The notes beneath the pieces were generated by a model. The model was not told where the DNA came from. It saw only the letters and a program-made list of their open reading frames with translations, and ran no database searches. Positions 24,475 to 38,739 of a DNA stretch of 64,000 nt are shown here, one piece after another. Position numbers and translations under genes: made by a program. Each line of letters begins with the position of its first letter. The first letter of the stretch is position 1. Source of the DNA: Fimbriosthenelais zetlandica (Eukaryota); assembly GCA_977030845.1 (NCBI GenBank), contig OZ365114.1, positions 14,694,001 through 14,758,000 on the forward strand. Direction: 5' to 3'.

Positions 24475-26187
24475 GTCTACAGGGAGTCATTTCTATGTAC
24501 TTAAGCGTTCAACTCTGTAGTTGATCAGAAGAAGATCTTCATTCGTTCTCCCTACAAGAACATTTATTTACCCTCAGTCTTGTAACATGAGGATGACATT
24601 TGCTTTTCGGTTTTGAAAACCAGATTAGTGAATCCACCAAGGTAGAAGCTTCACAGCAATTTATGTATTTTGATGTATACAGTACGCGTCCAGCATAAAT
24701 AAGTATACCTTTCAGTGTTAAAGGAGACTTAAATATTCTTATTCAATAACACCTCTTTATAAATTAATGACATTTATAATCCCGGTTGTATAAATTATGC
24801 TCCAACATTAATACAGTAAAAGAATGTTTTTTATAATTTTAACCTCACTTTGAAATAATGTCCTCATAAAACAGTTAATAAAAGAAAAAGGTTCTACATA
24901 AGAACAACACTCTAGAAAAGGGACATCAACTTCCATGCAATCCTGCAGTGAATATTTGTGATCTTTGGCAAAATATATATTAAATTGTATTACAAAATTA
25001 TAAGTGACTATAATTTTAATATATTCAGTAGTAGATGTATCGATTTTAGAAACCCTTCAGAAGATCCAACACCTTCCTCCTCCTTCCTTCTGACAGTTTT
25101 CTCTATTGCATGAGCAATACCATTCATGGATCGAATAAGGATCTGCATGCCGAGATATTCAACTTTATGGGAAAAACAGTCGCTCATAAAAGCCGTTCAC
25201 ATTTGTCATTTCCAAACCCCGCCTTTGATAAATAACTAATACTAATGTGCAAATGACGATATACTCGCCATATATCATAAAGCGATCCTGAATTATTCAA
25301 TGTCCTACTTGAGTTACATAAAAAGTAGACGTGGATTTCACACAATTATACAGAGAGGGAGGCTGATATTCCTTAAGGATGCAATGCAACTCTCCTTTGG
25401 ATTATACGCTACTTCTATATTTTGAAAGCTTTTGTCAATTATTGAGCAAAGTAACACTTGTTCGCAAGCACAAGACGCAGTGTCAAAGGAATGTCACATG
25501 TATCCACGTTTGAAGATTTTTCTGAAGCGGCAATGTAATTAAGAGAGGTTTTGATCATAAGTAACACCATTATACAAGCTTGCCTGGCATGTATTGCCAG
25601 AGGAATATATTGAACCTGCCTAACACATATGATCTAGTATTCCACATTAACCCTCAAAAGATAAACAGAGCTAGGTTACATCTAACAAGTTATTGGACAG
25701 GTTGGCTTTCGAGGACATGAGTTTAAATATAACGCAATTGATATATTACAGCTAGTATGCAGATTGTGTTGCTTCTATCATGTTAATATAATATTTATAC
25801 TTTTAAACGTTTTCTATTCAAAATCTGCAAAGCATTTTATAATTTGTGTATAGTGAAAACCTCAGCGTATCACATGTCAGGAAATGTGTATGAACCTAAA
25901 AAGTACATCGGAAAGGTTTAGAATAAACCTGCCATTCGCATTTAATGAAAATCAAGCAGGGACCTGGATTTTAAGGCGATCTAAAGCCCAAAGGAGATTC
26001 CATTACCTGAGGCCCTGACTATAAATAACCCCAGCTTCTCTTGATTTTTCATCAATCCAAAGCACGTGGTGGTGGCACCAATATCACCATGCACAGGACA
26101 ATCTTCGCAGCATACCCCCACTCCCCTGCCACCACCAACACCACCAGGAGCTAAGGGCTTTAACAACAGCCTCCAAGTTCTTTGACT

Positions 26188-26580
26188 TCAAAGTCTATAT
26201 ATCTTCAAGATGGGTGTTATTGTCTCCGGGGAAGGCAAGAGGCCCTCTTGCTTGATGACAATACTCCAGTTTGCGAGCCTCAAGATTGCCCACATATAGC
26301 TTGGAACCATATTAAGCACCCATTTATTAGGAATTTCAATGTCACCCAGCATAGGCCTGGAAGGTATAGCTGGATCGGACATGGTGGGCTGAGGAAAAAA
26401 GATGAAGTACACCAATGAAAAGTGATATCCATGCAGAGCCTGTCCCCAGGAGGGACAGGCCTCCTATATTCTGGTTCTAATATCACGGTGGTTTGTCTCA
26501 ACCAAGGGAAGAAGAGGAAGGTTGAATATTGTAAGGAAGGGTATAGCAAGGATACCAGGCATGTAGGAATATCTGTCACA
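26188..26580 (-). mobile_element. Ty3/Gypsy integrase relic
   Basis: PVPPGDRLCMDI (cf. P..PW..L.MD), KWVLNMVP (cf. KW.EA.P), SIVIKQEGLLP (cf. I..R.G.P) across two frames. Confidence 0.4.
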
Positions 26581-29019
26581 CTTGCAATAGCTCCAAGCTT
26601 TTACATGTTACGGATAGGTATCAGGAAAGTAACAGGCCTTCCAGGTCTAGGCAAATGTCAACAACATCCTTTATGCAATTAATCATCCCAGAGGTGTTTT
26701 TCTCCTTCTTGCAATGGCATTCTATTGTTCACATGCCCATGTTTGTTTTTATGTAGAAACACTCATAGGCTTTGGTTTAAATCGAATGAGACTGGTTTTG
26801 GCACAATGTGAAAATCAACACGCCCAGCATAATATTAATGATTTCATGAGAATTAATTGTCCATTAGAGGGAAGTTTGTTTTGTACGAATGCAAACACAA
26901 AATGATTATGGTCACTAAGGTAAGAAGAAAGCTACCAACTATTCGTAGAAAATGGTGAAGGAAATGACATGCTCGGAAATGTATAACCAAACGAGATATA
27001 ACACTGTCTAGTCTGTCCTATGGAATCTATAACATCTATCAATGGTTTTGAACTCACCACTAGGTTCTTGTCGATACATCGAATTCACCAAGGTTCCTAG
27101 AAATTTATCAAAAGAAGATGTTGTACAGACAGATTCATAGATGAATAGTTATACTATAGCGAGATCTATAGATATCTAATCTAATCATGTAGGAAGTTCC
27201 CCAGTTTTATTTGTCAAATATAGCGACCAACTATGGGATAAAATAACATAGCCCGTGCAGATTCATCATTATAGAGAGCTGGATGTTCAGGATGATTTCC
27301 CAAGTGCATTATTACAAATCAATCTACATATCAGCCGGTGGCGATTCATCTTTTTATTGCTGGATGTCACATTCCTCTTGATATTTGAGGGATCCAAAAA
27401 TGGACAACTATAGAGAAAAGTCCAACTGAGTATGCTACGTTATTTTCTCAGTACTTGTCTTTAACATCTTTCGAATACATTGTGGTAATATAATCCTGGT
27501 TGTTGCTGCAGCATAAACAACATAAAATGAATTTGAGGAAAGGATGAGAAACGTATTTAAAATAAAAAAAGGTTGAAAACAATTGTGAAAGAGAGTCAGA
27601 GCATTGACAATAACAAAAAACATCCATGATAGAGTGGCACAAATACACTCATTGAACTCATTTCAAAATTGATGATAATTCAGTTTACAAGGTTGTATTA
27701 TGATGGTGTGTAACTATGGGGGGAGAGAGCAATTCACCACATTGAGGTCAGTAGAATAATAGCTACTGTAAAGCAACAAATGGGGAATAACAATTAGGTA
27801 AAATGTGTGTCATCAATGAGTGTTCCCCAATGGTCAATGATTCCCAATCCTATATTGACCCCAACCATTAACATTCATACCGAATCACCCCATTAGCCGC
27901 AATTGCTATCTATAAACACAAATAACTAAAAATCTCCAACCTCTAATAATGAACATTATGAAATAGAGTGATATATTAATGGTGGGATAGAGCTCTGCGT
28001 TGGAAATTATTGTTGATCCATTTCAGTATCTGACTACAAATTTGAATGTGAAGGAATTAACTGGGAACACACGCCTTAATTCACTGACAAAGACATTTAA
28101 TGGTGCAAAAAACGTTATAGGACATTTATTTAGCCAACGGAAAGTACAATTCCTAAATGCCCTCCACAATTGCCTTTTCCTTTCTTTGCCTTTTTGGGTA
28201 TGCAACCAACCATCTGCAGCAATGTTGGAGCCTGATAGAGAGGCTGTTGTTCTGAAAGGTTCTCAAGACCAAAAAAAACAGTTACAAAACATCACCTGCC
28301 ACCCTCAGCTTCTCCCACTGGAGAATCTTCACCCAGCTTGTAACCGTATGGGGCTTTTGACAGCATTGTGACTTGTGACAGTAACCTGGACTTTGTGACA
28401 GTACTGGCATGTGTTCACATTATAGAACTAACTTCATTGGCCAAACAAAGCAGCACCCCAACCTGCAGTTACCACAGTTCAACAAAATGCCCAGTATTTG
28501 ATTCAGTTTCTGTCACTTGAATAGACGATTTGACTTCTAAATTGGTCTGGAAAATTAACACCAAAAGAACTACTACTAAAATTCGCTTACTAGATCAAAC
28601 TGCTCTTGTCTGAAACCAGCACCAGGACGAAAACACTGCACCGTATTACTGTCGTAACACTGTCTTAACACTGTCGTAATGTTGCAAAATATGAGCGCAC
28701 CTGATTATGATCAAAGTACATGACTGATGGCAGCCATGAATGAATGAGAAGGGGGTCGCTAATGCTAGAGGCTGGGGTGTCTATGAGGGAAGTAGTAATG
28801 ATATGCCTAAGTCGTTAGGGAATCATTTGCAATGCTGCTCAGGCGTTGAGGAATCTTCCCCACCAGCCCAGCTAGTGATCATTACTTTTCCTGACAGCCG
28901 AGAAGAGGATTAACACAAAATATCGCCCTAATAAAGACCATCCAAGCATAAACCACACGACCACCAAGCAATCCCACCCAGCCAAGCAACTAGTCAACCC
29001 CATCCATCAGCCGCCATTT

Positions 29020-29500
29020 TGTGTCACACTGTTTTTATCATGATAAAAAAAGAGTCCCCCAAGGGCTGGTTTTTCGCAGCAAAGTTGTGTTTACATGGAC
29101 TTGTGGAGGTGACAGGGAAGGAAAAACAACAGTGGCCGATGTAATTTATGATAGTGACCATCCGAAAGTTATGTTTGTCGAAGAAAGTGTCAAGATCGTT
29201 CAATTGGTGGACTGCACGGTCTTCTTCATTGTGCTGCACGATCAAAGATATAAGATCACCTCAAAATATACTCATCTGCCATGTATGTTTCTACGTGACT
29301 ATTCAGATGAATTCTGAGACAGATCTTCTGACAAATTCACAGCAGAATATAGTGAAGGAGTTGTTACTTCAAAGGGAAAACCTTCGTCAGCAACCTCCAA
29401 ACTTTCAGACAATGCTGAAGCAAAATGCTAGTCTCTTTTGTCATACCGTCTACACTGCATCCTTTATAAAGAGCTTTGACACCTTTCAAGGTGGATGTCA
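29020..29500 (-). mobile_element. Possible CR1-like AP endonuclease C-terminal relic
   Basis: LIVQHN...VHQLNDLDTFF...IGH/HRPLLF resembles L..HNL.Q.V..PTR..N.LDLF...SDH.PL. Confidence 0.3.
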
Positions 29501-29929
29501 AGGTAGCACTTAGTGGTGGGTGCAATAACCTGATAACCGGGACTCATTTTACGCCTGGACTTGAAAAAGTCAAGAGGAAGCATTGAAGATCATATAGTCA
29601 TACTTGGTCATCAGAAGCGCCAGGGAAGATGAGTGCTAAAAGGCCACGGTTTCTTGATGGATGAAGGAAAGTAGCTGTCAGAAGCTGAGGGAGAACCCAG
29701 CTAACAAAATTCCTCCATTTGATGTTCGCCAACGTTAAGATAAGGAAATTATTACCAACGTCTGAAAAAATACCTCTTTTAAACGTTAATTTAACGCCAT
29801 TAATAAAGAGTACAAAAAGGCAACCTCAAATTTACGTTAAATTAACTGTTGTTATCCAAACCTATTTAATCACAACGTGTTTTGACGTTAGGAAAAACAA
29901 CATCCTAAAAAGCAACATTAAATAAACGT

Positions 29930-30920
29930 TTCTAAAAAAACGTTGGGATTCTGACGGTGAAAATAACGCTGCTTATTATGATGTTAACTAACGTTAGTTA
30001 ACGAACGTCTAATAGACGTTTGGAAACAGAAGATTGGTTACCAGAGGTGAAAATGACGCTGGGTAATAAGATGTTCGTTTACGTTTAGAAATCCGACAGT
30101 TAATTGATGTTCAGAAAATGAACGTTGCCTATATGGAGGTTAAAAAGATGTTGGTTAATGAGATGTTCTTTAACGTTTAGATATCCAACAGATAATTGAT
30201 GTTCAGAAAATGAACGTTGCCTACATGGAGGTTAAAAAGATGTTGGTTAATGAGATGTTCTTTAACGTTTAGAAATCCAACAGATAATTGATGTTCAGAA
30301 ACAGAACATTGGTTATCTGGACGTGCAAAGACCTGTTTTAATAAGATGTCAATTAACGTTCACAAATCCACCAGATAATTGATGTTCAGAAACAGAACGT
30401 TGGTGACCTAGAGGTGAAAATGCTGTTGGTTAATGAGATGTTCTTTAACGTTTAGAAATCCAACAGATAATTGATGTTCAGAAACAGAACATTGGTTATC
30501 TGGACGTGCAAAGACCTGTTTTAATAAGATGTCAATTAACGTTCACAAATCCACCAGATAATTGATGTTCAGAAACAGAACGTTGGTGACCTAGAGGTGA
30601 AAATGCTGTTGGTTAATGAGATGTTCTTTAACGTTTAGAAATCCAACAGATAATTGATGTTCAGAAACAGAACGTTGGTGACCTAGAGGTGAAAATGCTG
30701 TTCGTTATTAAGATGTTTTTTAACATTGAGTAATCCACCATATAATATATGTTCCAAAAATGAACGTTGGCTATCTGGAGGTCGAAAATGGCGTTGGGAA
30801 ATAAGATGTTCTTTAACATTTAGAAATCAAATGGATAATACATGTTATGAAACCGAACGTTGGTTATCTGGAGGTGAAAAAAATGGTGGTTAATAGGATG
30901 TTCATTAACAGTCAAATATC
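29930..30920 (+). repeat. ~92-bp tandem minisatellite array inside the EnSpm element
   Basis: GATGTTCAGAAA recurs at 30106, 30198, 30290, 30381, 30473, 30564 and 30656 (period 91-92). Degenerate units flank these and resume at ~31365-31640. Confidence 0.95.
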
Positions 30921-30923
30921 CAA

Positions 30924-31362
30924 CGATTTTACCTCAAAACAACCTCCTGTACCAACGTTAATGTACCAAGTCACTTTGACGTTAAATTGCGTGGACTCAA
31001 AACGCCGTCAATTTGACATAAAAAAAACGTTGGTTTTTATTTTTTATAAACGTAAAATTGACATCAAATCAGTGTCAAGATATGTCAATCATAAAGTAAA
31101 TTGTCCTCAAATTCACATTGGTCATAACTTCAAATTATCCTCGAAATCACCTTTGTGTAAACACTAAATAGCCATCAAATTAAGGTTAGATCTAACGTTG
31201 GGCATGGTGTAAAATCAACATCTAATTGACTCTGCTAATGATCTACAATATACCTCAAGTTCACGTTGGTTATTAGTTCAAATTGTCTCCGAAATCACAT
31301 TGGTGATTACTTACAAATGACGTCAATTTCACATCAGTTTAACATAAAATAAACATAGAATT
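30924..31362 (+). repeat. Left copy of ~440-bp inverted repeat (partner 32407-32990)
   Basis: Near-identical to the reverse complement of 32407-32990. The ORF-track peptides 30847-31167(+) and 32716-32961(-) are almost the same sequence. Confidence 0.95.
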
Positions 31363-32406
31363 GATGTTGGCTGTTAACGTTCAAATATCCACTGGATAAT
31401 ATATGTTCCAAAAATGAACGTTGGTTATCTGGAGGTGAAAATAACGTTGAGTAATGAGATGTTTTTCAGCGTTCAGCAATCTAACAGATTATATATTTTC
31501 AGAAAATGGATGGCATTAACCAGAGTTTAATAGACATCAGTTCTAAGAAATAGAGTCTGGTGATTAAGAGGTGAAATAATGTTGAATTGCTTGACATTTG
31601 TTAACCTTAATCAAACAACCTTCGAGAGATATTTTGAAAATGAACTTCAGTGATTAACAGGTGAAAATCTAAGTACTGAAATCTTGATACTGAATGATAG
31701 TAATCTTAAGGTGATTTTACAAGTAAAATAACGTTCTTTGCGTGGGTCTTGGCTAGTTCATGAAATGCCCACTGGGGATCTTTTGACCCAGGACACATAA
31801 TTTAATAAAGTTACAAATCCTCAATTTATCTTAAATAGCACCAAACTTTAATGTCACTATTTTTACCTGAATATTATATATCAATCAGATTTTACCGGAC
31901 ACTTATTTTATTTAGGCATTTACCAAAGAGGTTTCAATACAAACTTACATTTTGTTAATGTCAACACCTTGTATGTGTGCATTAAATGTAGAACAGTTTC
32001 CAGGAGTTAGAAAAGGCATTGAACAAAAAGTAGTGTGCAACACGGAAAATACGGAAGTACGGAAAATCATGTTATCCCTCAGTTGTACACTAACTGTCAT
32101 CCATGGTCTTTACATGGACAACAGGTACGATGAACATGGCCAATGAAAGGGCTATGCAAAATCAGTCCGCTTGAGGTAGGGAAGGCCTCGAGAGTTGGGA
32201 CCCCCGGTTTGGGACACCTGACTAATAAGGTTGGCGACCTTTAAGTCAGGGGCCTCAACTCTACCCCAGGACCAATTCTCCCTGCCTTACTCTATTTTTT
32301 ATCAGATCATAAAACCATCATACAATCTACATTATTTCAATGAGGCCATATTTATGATTTAATATTGATGTTAATTTGCTGTTTAATTTACCTTAAGGCC
32401 AAAGTA

Positions 32407-32990
32407 AATTCTATGTTTATTTTATGTTAAACTAATGTGAATTTGAAGTCAATTTGAAGTAATAACCACCGTGAACTTCAGGTATATTTGAGATCGTTAG
32501 CAGAGTCAATTTGATGTTGATTTTACACCATTCTCAACATTAAATCTAACCTTAATTTGATGGCTAGTTTTTGTTTATACCAATGTGAATTTGAAGTAAA
32601 TTTGAAGTAATAACCAACGTAAACTTGAGGTATATTTTAGATCATTAGCAGAGTCAATTTGATGTTGAATTTACACCATGCCCAACATTAAATCTAACCT
32701 TAATTTGATGGCTATTTAGTGTTTACACAAAGGTGATTTCGAGGGCAATTTGAAGTTATGACCAATGTGAATTTGAGGACAATTTACTTTATGATTGACG
32801 TAAAAATCAGGAGCTATGAGGTATCTTGACGCTGATTTGATGTCAATTTTACATTTATAAAAAAAAATTGCCAACGTTTCTTTATTATCAAAATGACGGT
32901 TTTTTGAGTCCACGCAATTTGACGTAAAAGTGACTTGGTCCATTAACGTTGGTTTATTCAAATACAGGAGGTAGTTTTGAGGTAAAATCG
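32407..32990 (-). repeat. Right copy of the inverted repeat, with an internal 148-bp tandem duplication
   Basis: AATGTGAATTTGAAGT...TTAATTTGATGGCTA occurs at 32434 and again at 32582. Confidence 0.9.
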
Positions 32991-35900
32991 AGGTAATTTT
33001 GTTAGCTGGGAACCTACTGAGCCTTCCTCTACCTGGGCCTTGCCTTTACTGATACTCCACTAAAATGAACTGATGAAGGACCAAGAGGAGAAAGGATTAC
33101 CAGAAGGGAACTTCTGAATTATTCTGGCAATAACATTCTCAGTAATAAGAGTCCATAGTGGTGTCCGCAATAAGTAAACCTACCAAGCAATTGGCAAATG
33201 GGTGAGTAGACAAAAATTGAATGGATTGAAAAAAGCAGCCTAGGTATTTTGGAAACTGTATAGAATATTGGGCAAAGATAAAGATGGATTTTTGTTTTGC
33301 AAATCCATTCGGGGAGTCAGGGGAATCAGGAAATGAAAGATAATCCAATTGTAACTTTTAGAAAATAATGGAGTTGCTTCCATTAATGTTCTTCTGTCAA
33401 TCTGCTAGGGATGAAGAGTAACCTTTTATTTGGTGCAGGAGTGATTATAAATGCATCATTGATCGCATAAGAGGTTAAGATTATATTTAGAAATCCAATT
33501 ACCTCCAAACCTTCTGTTCTTTACCTGACGATCGATGAAGTCATTCGTGGAAGAGTTCCCAGAAGAATTCGCTGAAAGTACTTGGGTGAAAACCGAGAAT
33601 AGCCGAGGACCATATTTCAAAAACAGATGCTACGAGGGACTCAGTGCATTATTGAAACTGGCTTTCTAATGGAGAACAGAACTAATTTCGATAAGCTGAA
33701 AGTTTAGAACCCCAAGTTGTAACCCTTTAGAACTGCTGCCATGCCGAACATGATACAAATCTGGACCTTCATCAAAGATGCAAGTATTTCAACTTCAATG
33801 CAGAATTTTGCATGCAGGAGTCAAACTCGTCAAGACAGAGATGAATCTTGCATGCAAAAGTACATTTCAGCTTTGCAAGGTGGCATGCAAAACACTGCAG
33901 AAGGTAAGCCTCAGACACAGGTCAGCATAGGTCTATTGGCAGCAACGAAAACGATTTGAGATTGATGGAAATTTAAATGAAAAAAGGCATATTTTCGAGG
34001 GAGAATTAGTTGGATAGGACCAAGCATGCATACTGAAGGCAGGCTATTACCAGAATATAATAAGATTTGGTTTTGCATCAAAATTGGGTACACTAGCGGC
34101 CTGCTTCGGGTTTTGGAACCGAACGTGGGCGTAACCCACCAATCCAGCTCATAACACTTCCTATTCTTGACCACTTACTATAAATTACATTCCAAAACCA
34201 TTTAAAATTATCTTTAAGTAAAAAGAATAAGCTAAGAGAACGTCCCTACCAATTAGGCCACCGATTAATCTAACCTCCTTCCGAGCAATATGGTTAATTC
34301 GGAAGACATTTTTGGAAGAAAAATGTCTTTTTCATTGCTTAACAGGATCAGCAGAATTTGGGGAGTTGGGACCTTATGATTGACTCAGGCCTGAATGACT
34401 CCCTTGGGATCGCCCAAGTCACAGACCTCGTTCGGACGAGGACCCGGCCTCATTAGGGCCTGAAGGGAGGGAGGGAATGGGGGGAGAGTCCGGAGACTGT
34501 CGTCCCCAGCAGTCATCCATCTTCTCGGCTGCCTCTGTATTGGCATCCATGTCACCACTGGTCTTTTGTTAGCATATCACTGTCCCGAGTTCCCTATATC
34601 TAACTATAAACAACAGTAGTTATAGCGCATGCGTGCCAGAATTTTAACTGCCCTTCCTATACCTTATTAGGAGTTACTTAAAGGGGCTTTAATGGGATTT
34701 AATTCAAATGGTTACCTAGGGGTTTTTATCACCCTCATTTTTCACAAAACCAACCCTTTTTTAAGTAACAAGTATACCTTCAAAGGTTGTGTACATGATA
34801 CAGCCGGACATTATTTTTCCTTTAAAGCTCACTGAGATTGGTTGGATGTTTTCTCTTTTCGAAAAAGTCTAAGCAACGACATGTAAGCAGTTCTATATGG
34901 CAACATTTCTGGTTATGTTTTCAACTTCACACCTGAACAAGCCCGTGTGGCACCAAGGACAGGATCTTTCTCATTATTGGAAATCTGATACAAGGCCACC
35001 CGAGTCCTTTTCCAAAAATAAACAGGGATTAAAATACTTATGTGGATAATATTACGCAATACCTAAATGCTGAGTGAACACTATAGAAAGGCCATAGCTG
35101 ATATTAGGAGCCAATATAATATCATTACATTACTAACGTTTGAATTGAAGGAATGGAATCCCCTGAGGCAGTCACAGAAATCCGTCCATTCATAACAAAT
35201 CAAAGTCGATCCAGTCACCCGACCAGACAACTGTATCCCCTCAATTAAGATGGAGCATAGGAAGCAGGAAAGTCAACCTCTAAAATAGTTTCCGGGTGTT
35301 CTACGGAGGGCAATGTCAATAGAATGAGACTTGATGTATTATGTAATACCATTAACCAATAACATTTTATGCGCAGTTGGCAAGAGATGGCAAATATGTT
35401 GTTTATAAGCACGTGGGCTGTTTTACCATAGCAATTATCAGAGTGGGTCTACAGCCATCACCATCAGTGAACCTGTTCTGGCTAATGAGAAAGGCACATT
35501 CGTATGTTAATACATGGTGGTTCATGGACCAGCATGGTTCCCCGAATGGCAGAAACACAATGCACGTCCAGAACCTTGTGATCTCGGCATGTTATTCTTC
35601 AGATAATGATCAACATACAGTCCTCCTTGATTAGATAAAAAGTTGGCGGAGGGAGTGATTGGGAGAAAATGTGTCTGGATATATGGTGTAGTCGTTATCA
35701 GTCTCCTGCATCATCTGCCACGTAATGTGCGCTTAAGGTAATTACCAAAACCCCCAACCACCACTCCGGTGAAAAAGAAATAGCAAAACAACTACCACCT
35801 TACTCATTGCATATCAATGTGCAAGTCATAAAATCAACCACATCTATCAACGCGGAGGCTTGCAAGTGTTCGCCAAGACTCGATTAAGCTAAAAGCATAT

Positions 35901-36799
35901 GAAAATCTACATTGGCAAAATACCCTAAGGCAACCGTAAACACTTTCTTCCTGCTCGACATTTCTTTTTAGAAGCAGGTGGTCTCTTGGAATTGTTCAGC
36001 TTTAACTTAGACCTTCCCGTAAAACCAACAACCATTGCACAAGATGGATGATTGCCAAGGCAACATTTCCATGGTGTCCCGTCACAGAGTTAGCGGCATA
36101 AATTTTGATGAATGGCGCCAAAGTTGCAGTGGGTAAGGATGCTATATTCCGGCCTGTGATCCATCAGAATGAGCTGCTTTTCCATGCATTGGCTGCAGCC
36201 ATCTCCGGTTTGAAAGAGTGGAAAAAATACTTTCTTCACAAACCTAGACGTAACTATTAGCTTCTAGAATAATGCATGCGCATTAATCTATGGACAATCT
36301 AACGGCAAACAACATCAGTATTTTTTACAATGATGTGAAGTGCAGTCTAGGATGGAGTGTTGGGAGTTGAGGGAATTTTCGCGGGAAGATTGCTCGGAAA
36401 AGGATTTTCCTGTTCTAAATGTAGAGACACACTAGTTTTCCAGGGTGATGCCTTAGTTATCAGGGCCCTTGTAGTCAATTTATCAATGTCTAGAGCCGTC
36501 CCTGTCGGGACAGAGCTGCTTACCGAGGTGGCAAGTGCCCTGTTCTCTCTCCACTGCCTCCTTCCCCTGCCTGATTTGGCCTCATGCAAGGAAAGAACTG
36601 AAGGTGGCAGCACAATCATTCAGGGCAGGCTCGGATTACCTGAGCCTTTTATAAGTCCTGGCTATAACCATTTCCCTCTAAACCACACAAATCAGCAGAG
36701 GTTTGCCACTTTACAGAGTCTTTTTACCACATAGCCATCAGACTCTGAAGGTAAATAATTCAGGTTGAATATACCCAGAGCTGCTATGCCAAGTAGGCC

Positions 36800-37110
36800 A
36801 ATGCCTGGCAAGTGTCATTCACGATGTCTTCGGTCTAATCATTTTGAGCTGCGAAGGCTTCCAACTCAAGCTCTCCCTTCCTTCAGGGCCTTTCTGATTT
36901 TGAATGCAACACCCACGGGAAAGGGTTAACTCGAGATTTAGATAAGTTAGCATGTAGACCATGACAAAGTCTCCCCTCTCCATCTTCATCCCAACACCAT
37001 CGATTAAGGGAAGGTGGTGTAGGGGGAATGGCAGAAGGGCCTTATCAGGTCTAGGCCAAGCTCCCAGCATCCCACCCCTATACACTGCACCCTACATCCA
37101 TTACCACAAT
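36800..37110 (-). mobile_element. Possible Gypsy integrase relic
   Basis: WELGLDLIRPF (cf. WE.LG.DL.GP); other motifs are weak. Confidence 0.25.
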
Positions 37111-38739
37111 CACAAACCTCAGTCTGGACTCAACTACAAGGTGTCTCCTCCCGCCACGGTTGATATATAGAAACCCCTCGTGCTTTACCTCCCTTGGACT
37201 TATATCTCGTGCAGGCTTAACAACACAATGATTGCACCTAAAACACTATATTCTTGGGTATGGTTCGGCTTGGTGGATGTTGCTGTGCATGCAACAAGGA
37301 AATAACACAGGGAAATATACCTTAATCGGCCCTATATATGACAACAATATTTAACCTAGACTGAATGCGATTTTGCGACTTAGACAGAATAAGCTCCGAA
37401 ATGCCAATATGAATTTCTTTAAGGAATTACAAAGTTAGCTCTGGACAGACCGAAATTTCAGCACATCCTTCTTCAATAGTAAAAGCCTTGCTGAAAATGA
37501 CATCTGCATGCAGCATGCAACAGAAGGCCTATCACCAGTGGTATGCATATTGTTCGGAGCATTTATACCCTGGTTGAAGAGGGGGTGTAAGGAAAATCAG
37601 TTGTTAAACACGGGTGGGGTCCAAAGAAACAGAATATAAAATAAGTCTGTTTAGAGGAAGGTATTGACCATGGCTGAAAGCTGAAGTGGAAGCTGATTGT
37701 TTCGTGCGACAGGGCGGTAATTCTAGCGGGCGAGAATCAACAAACAGAGGCGAGCAGTTGTGACCGGGTGATCCGTCTCTCACACATTGTGGCCTGCTCT
37801 CTAATTGTCGCCTGTCATGGCCTCAACTACTACCTGATCCCTTGTGGCATGACAGAAAAAAAATTTAGGGCCGACTCTACATCATCCATTACTTAGTATG
37901 TTTCCTCTTCCGTCTATTGTGGAATGAGTTTTGGTAGGAAGTCAAAGAGCAGGTCACATGCAGGCTTCAACAAAGTCAAATTCTTTCCTCCCATAAACTT
38001 TCCAGTTGTATTACCATGGTTTAACATGAGATTCGTTAGGCTGGTGTTGCTTAAATAAGGAATGGTGGTTACAAATGTTAATGTGGAATACTTGATTTTC
38101 CCCCTTGAATTATATGTGGAATTTTTTTTTCAAATTTTCAATCATTCCATCTAATGTTTTCTGATCATCTTTTGATCATTTCAACTAAAGTCAAATTATT
38201 CACAGAGCATAATATCCGCAAGCAAACTGCAATTAATAAAATATTGAACATAATTATTTTTTGTTAGTAGAAGTCTGGCCTCATTTTCCCGTCTCAAATG
38301 ACACAGCATACATATTAGAGTATCTTCCGTCATAAACACAGCCAGAACTTATACTTTATTCAAAGAATACAAGACTTGTAAATTAGCCTACACATCCTAT
38401 ATCGATCGTCACTTTCCACTTGGTTCCTAGCTAAAACCACTGTTCTACGCATACGTACCTTTTCACCTGACTTTTTATGCAGTATTTAAGACTGAGCGCT
38501 GTGTCAGGTATTGATCACTTGTTTGAATTATTGATACATGGTGTAAACAGTCACTGCATGGTCCCCAACATGGGTAGGCTACACTAGGACAATATTTCAC
38601 CAATGTTGCCATCGATTCCATAAACAAAAGTGACAAAATTAGTGACAAAACGAAATATTTAAGCGAAGATCAAATGGCTAACCTGGCATCAGGATTATCC
38701 CCAAAATGTTGGAAGATATGCGAACAATTTGAAGTCAAA

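Larger units (their letters stand above)
29696..33010. mobile_element. Non-autonomous EnSpm/CACTA (CMC)-type DNA transposon with CCCAG termini
   Basis: Perfect 16-bp TIR CCCAGCTAACAAAATT (29696-29711) / AATTTTGTTAGCTGGG (32995-33010), 2-bp TSD AA, subterminal AACGTT-rich repeats, no transposase ORF. Confidence 0.85.

Noticed and set aside
29930-30920. CRISPR-like array
   Set aside because: Contiguous tandem units with no unique spacers, no cas genes, eukaryotic context, and located inside a TIR element.
30847-32961. Duplicated ~100-aa 'protein' (ORFs 30847-31167 + and 32716-32961 -)
   Set aside because: These are translations of the two arms of a non-coding inverted repeat.
33100-34560. I/Nimb-like LINE ORF1 end and endonuclease on the minus strand
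   Set aside because: Some suggestive wording (EKMDD...SPPFPPP, NLNLLCD) but no diagnostic motif I could pin down; not counted in the strand tally.
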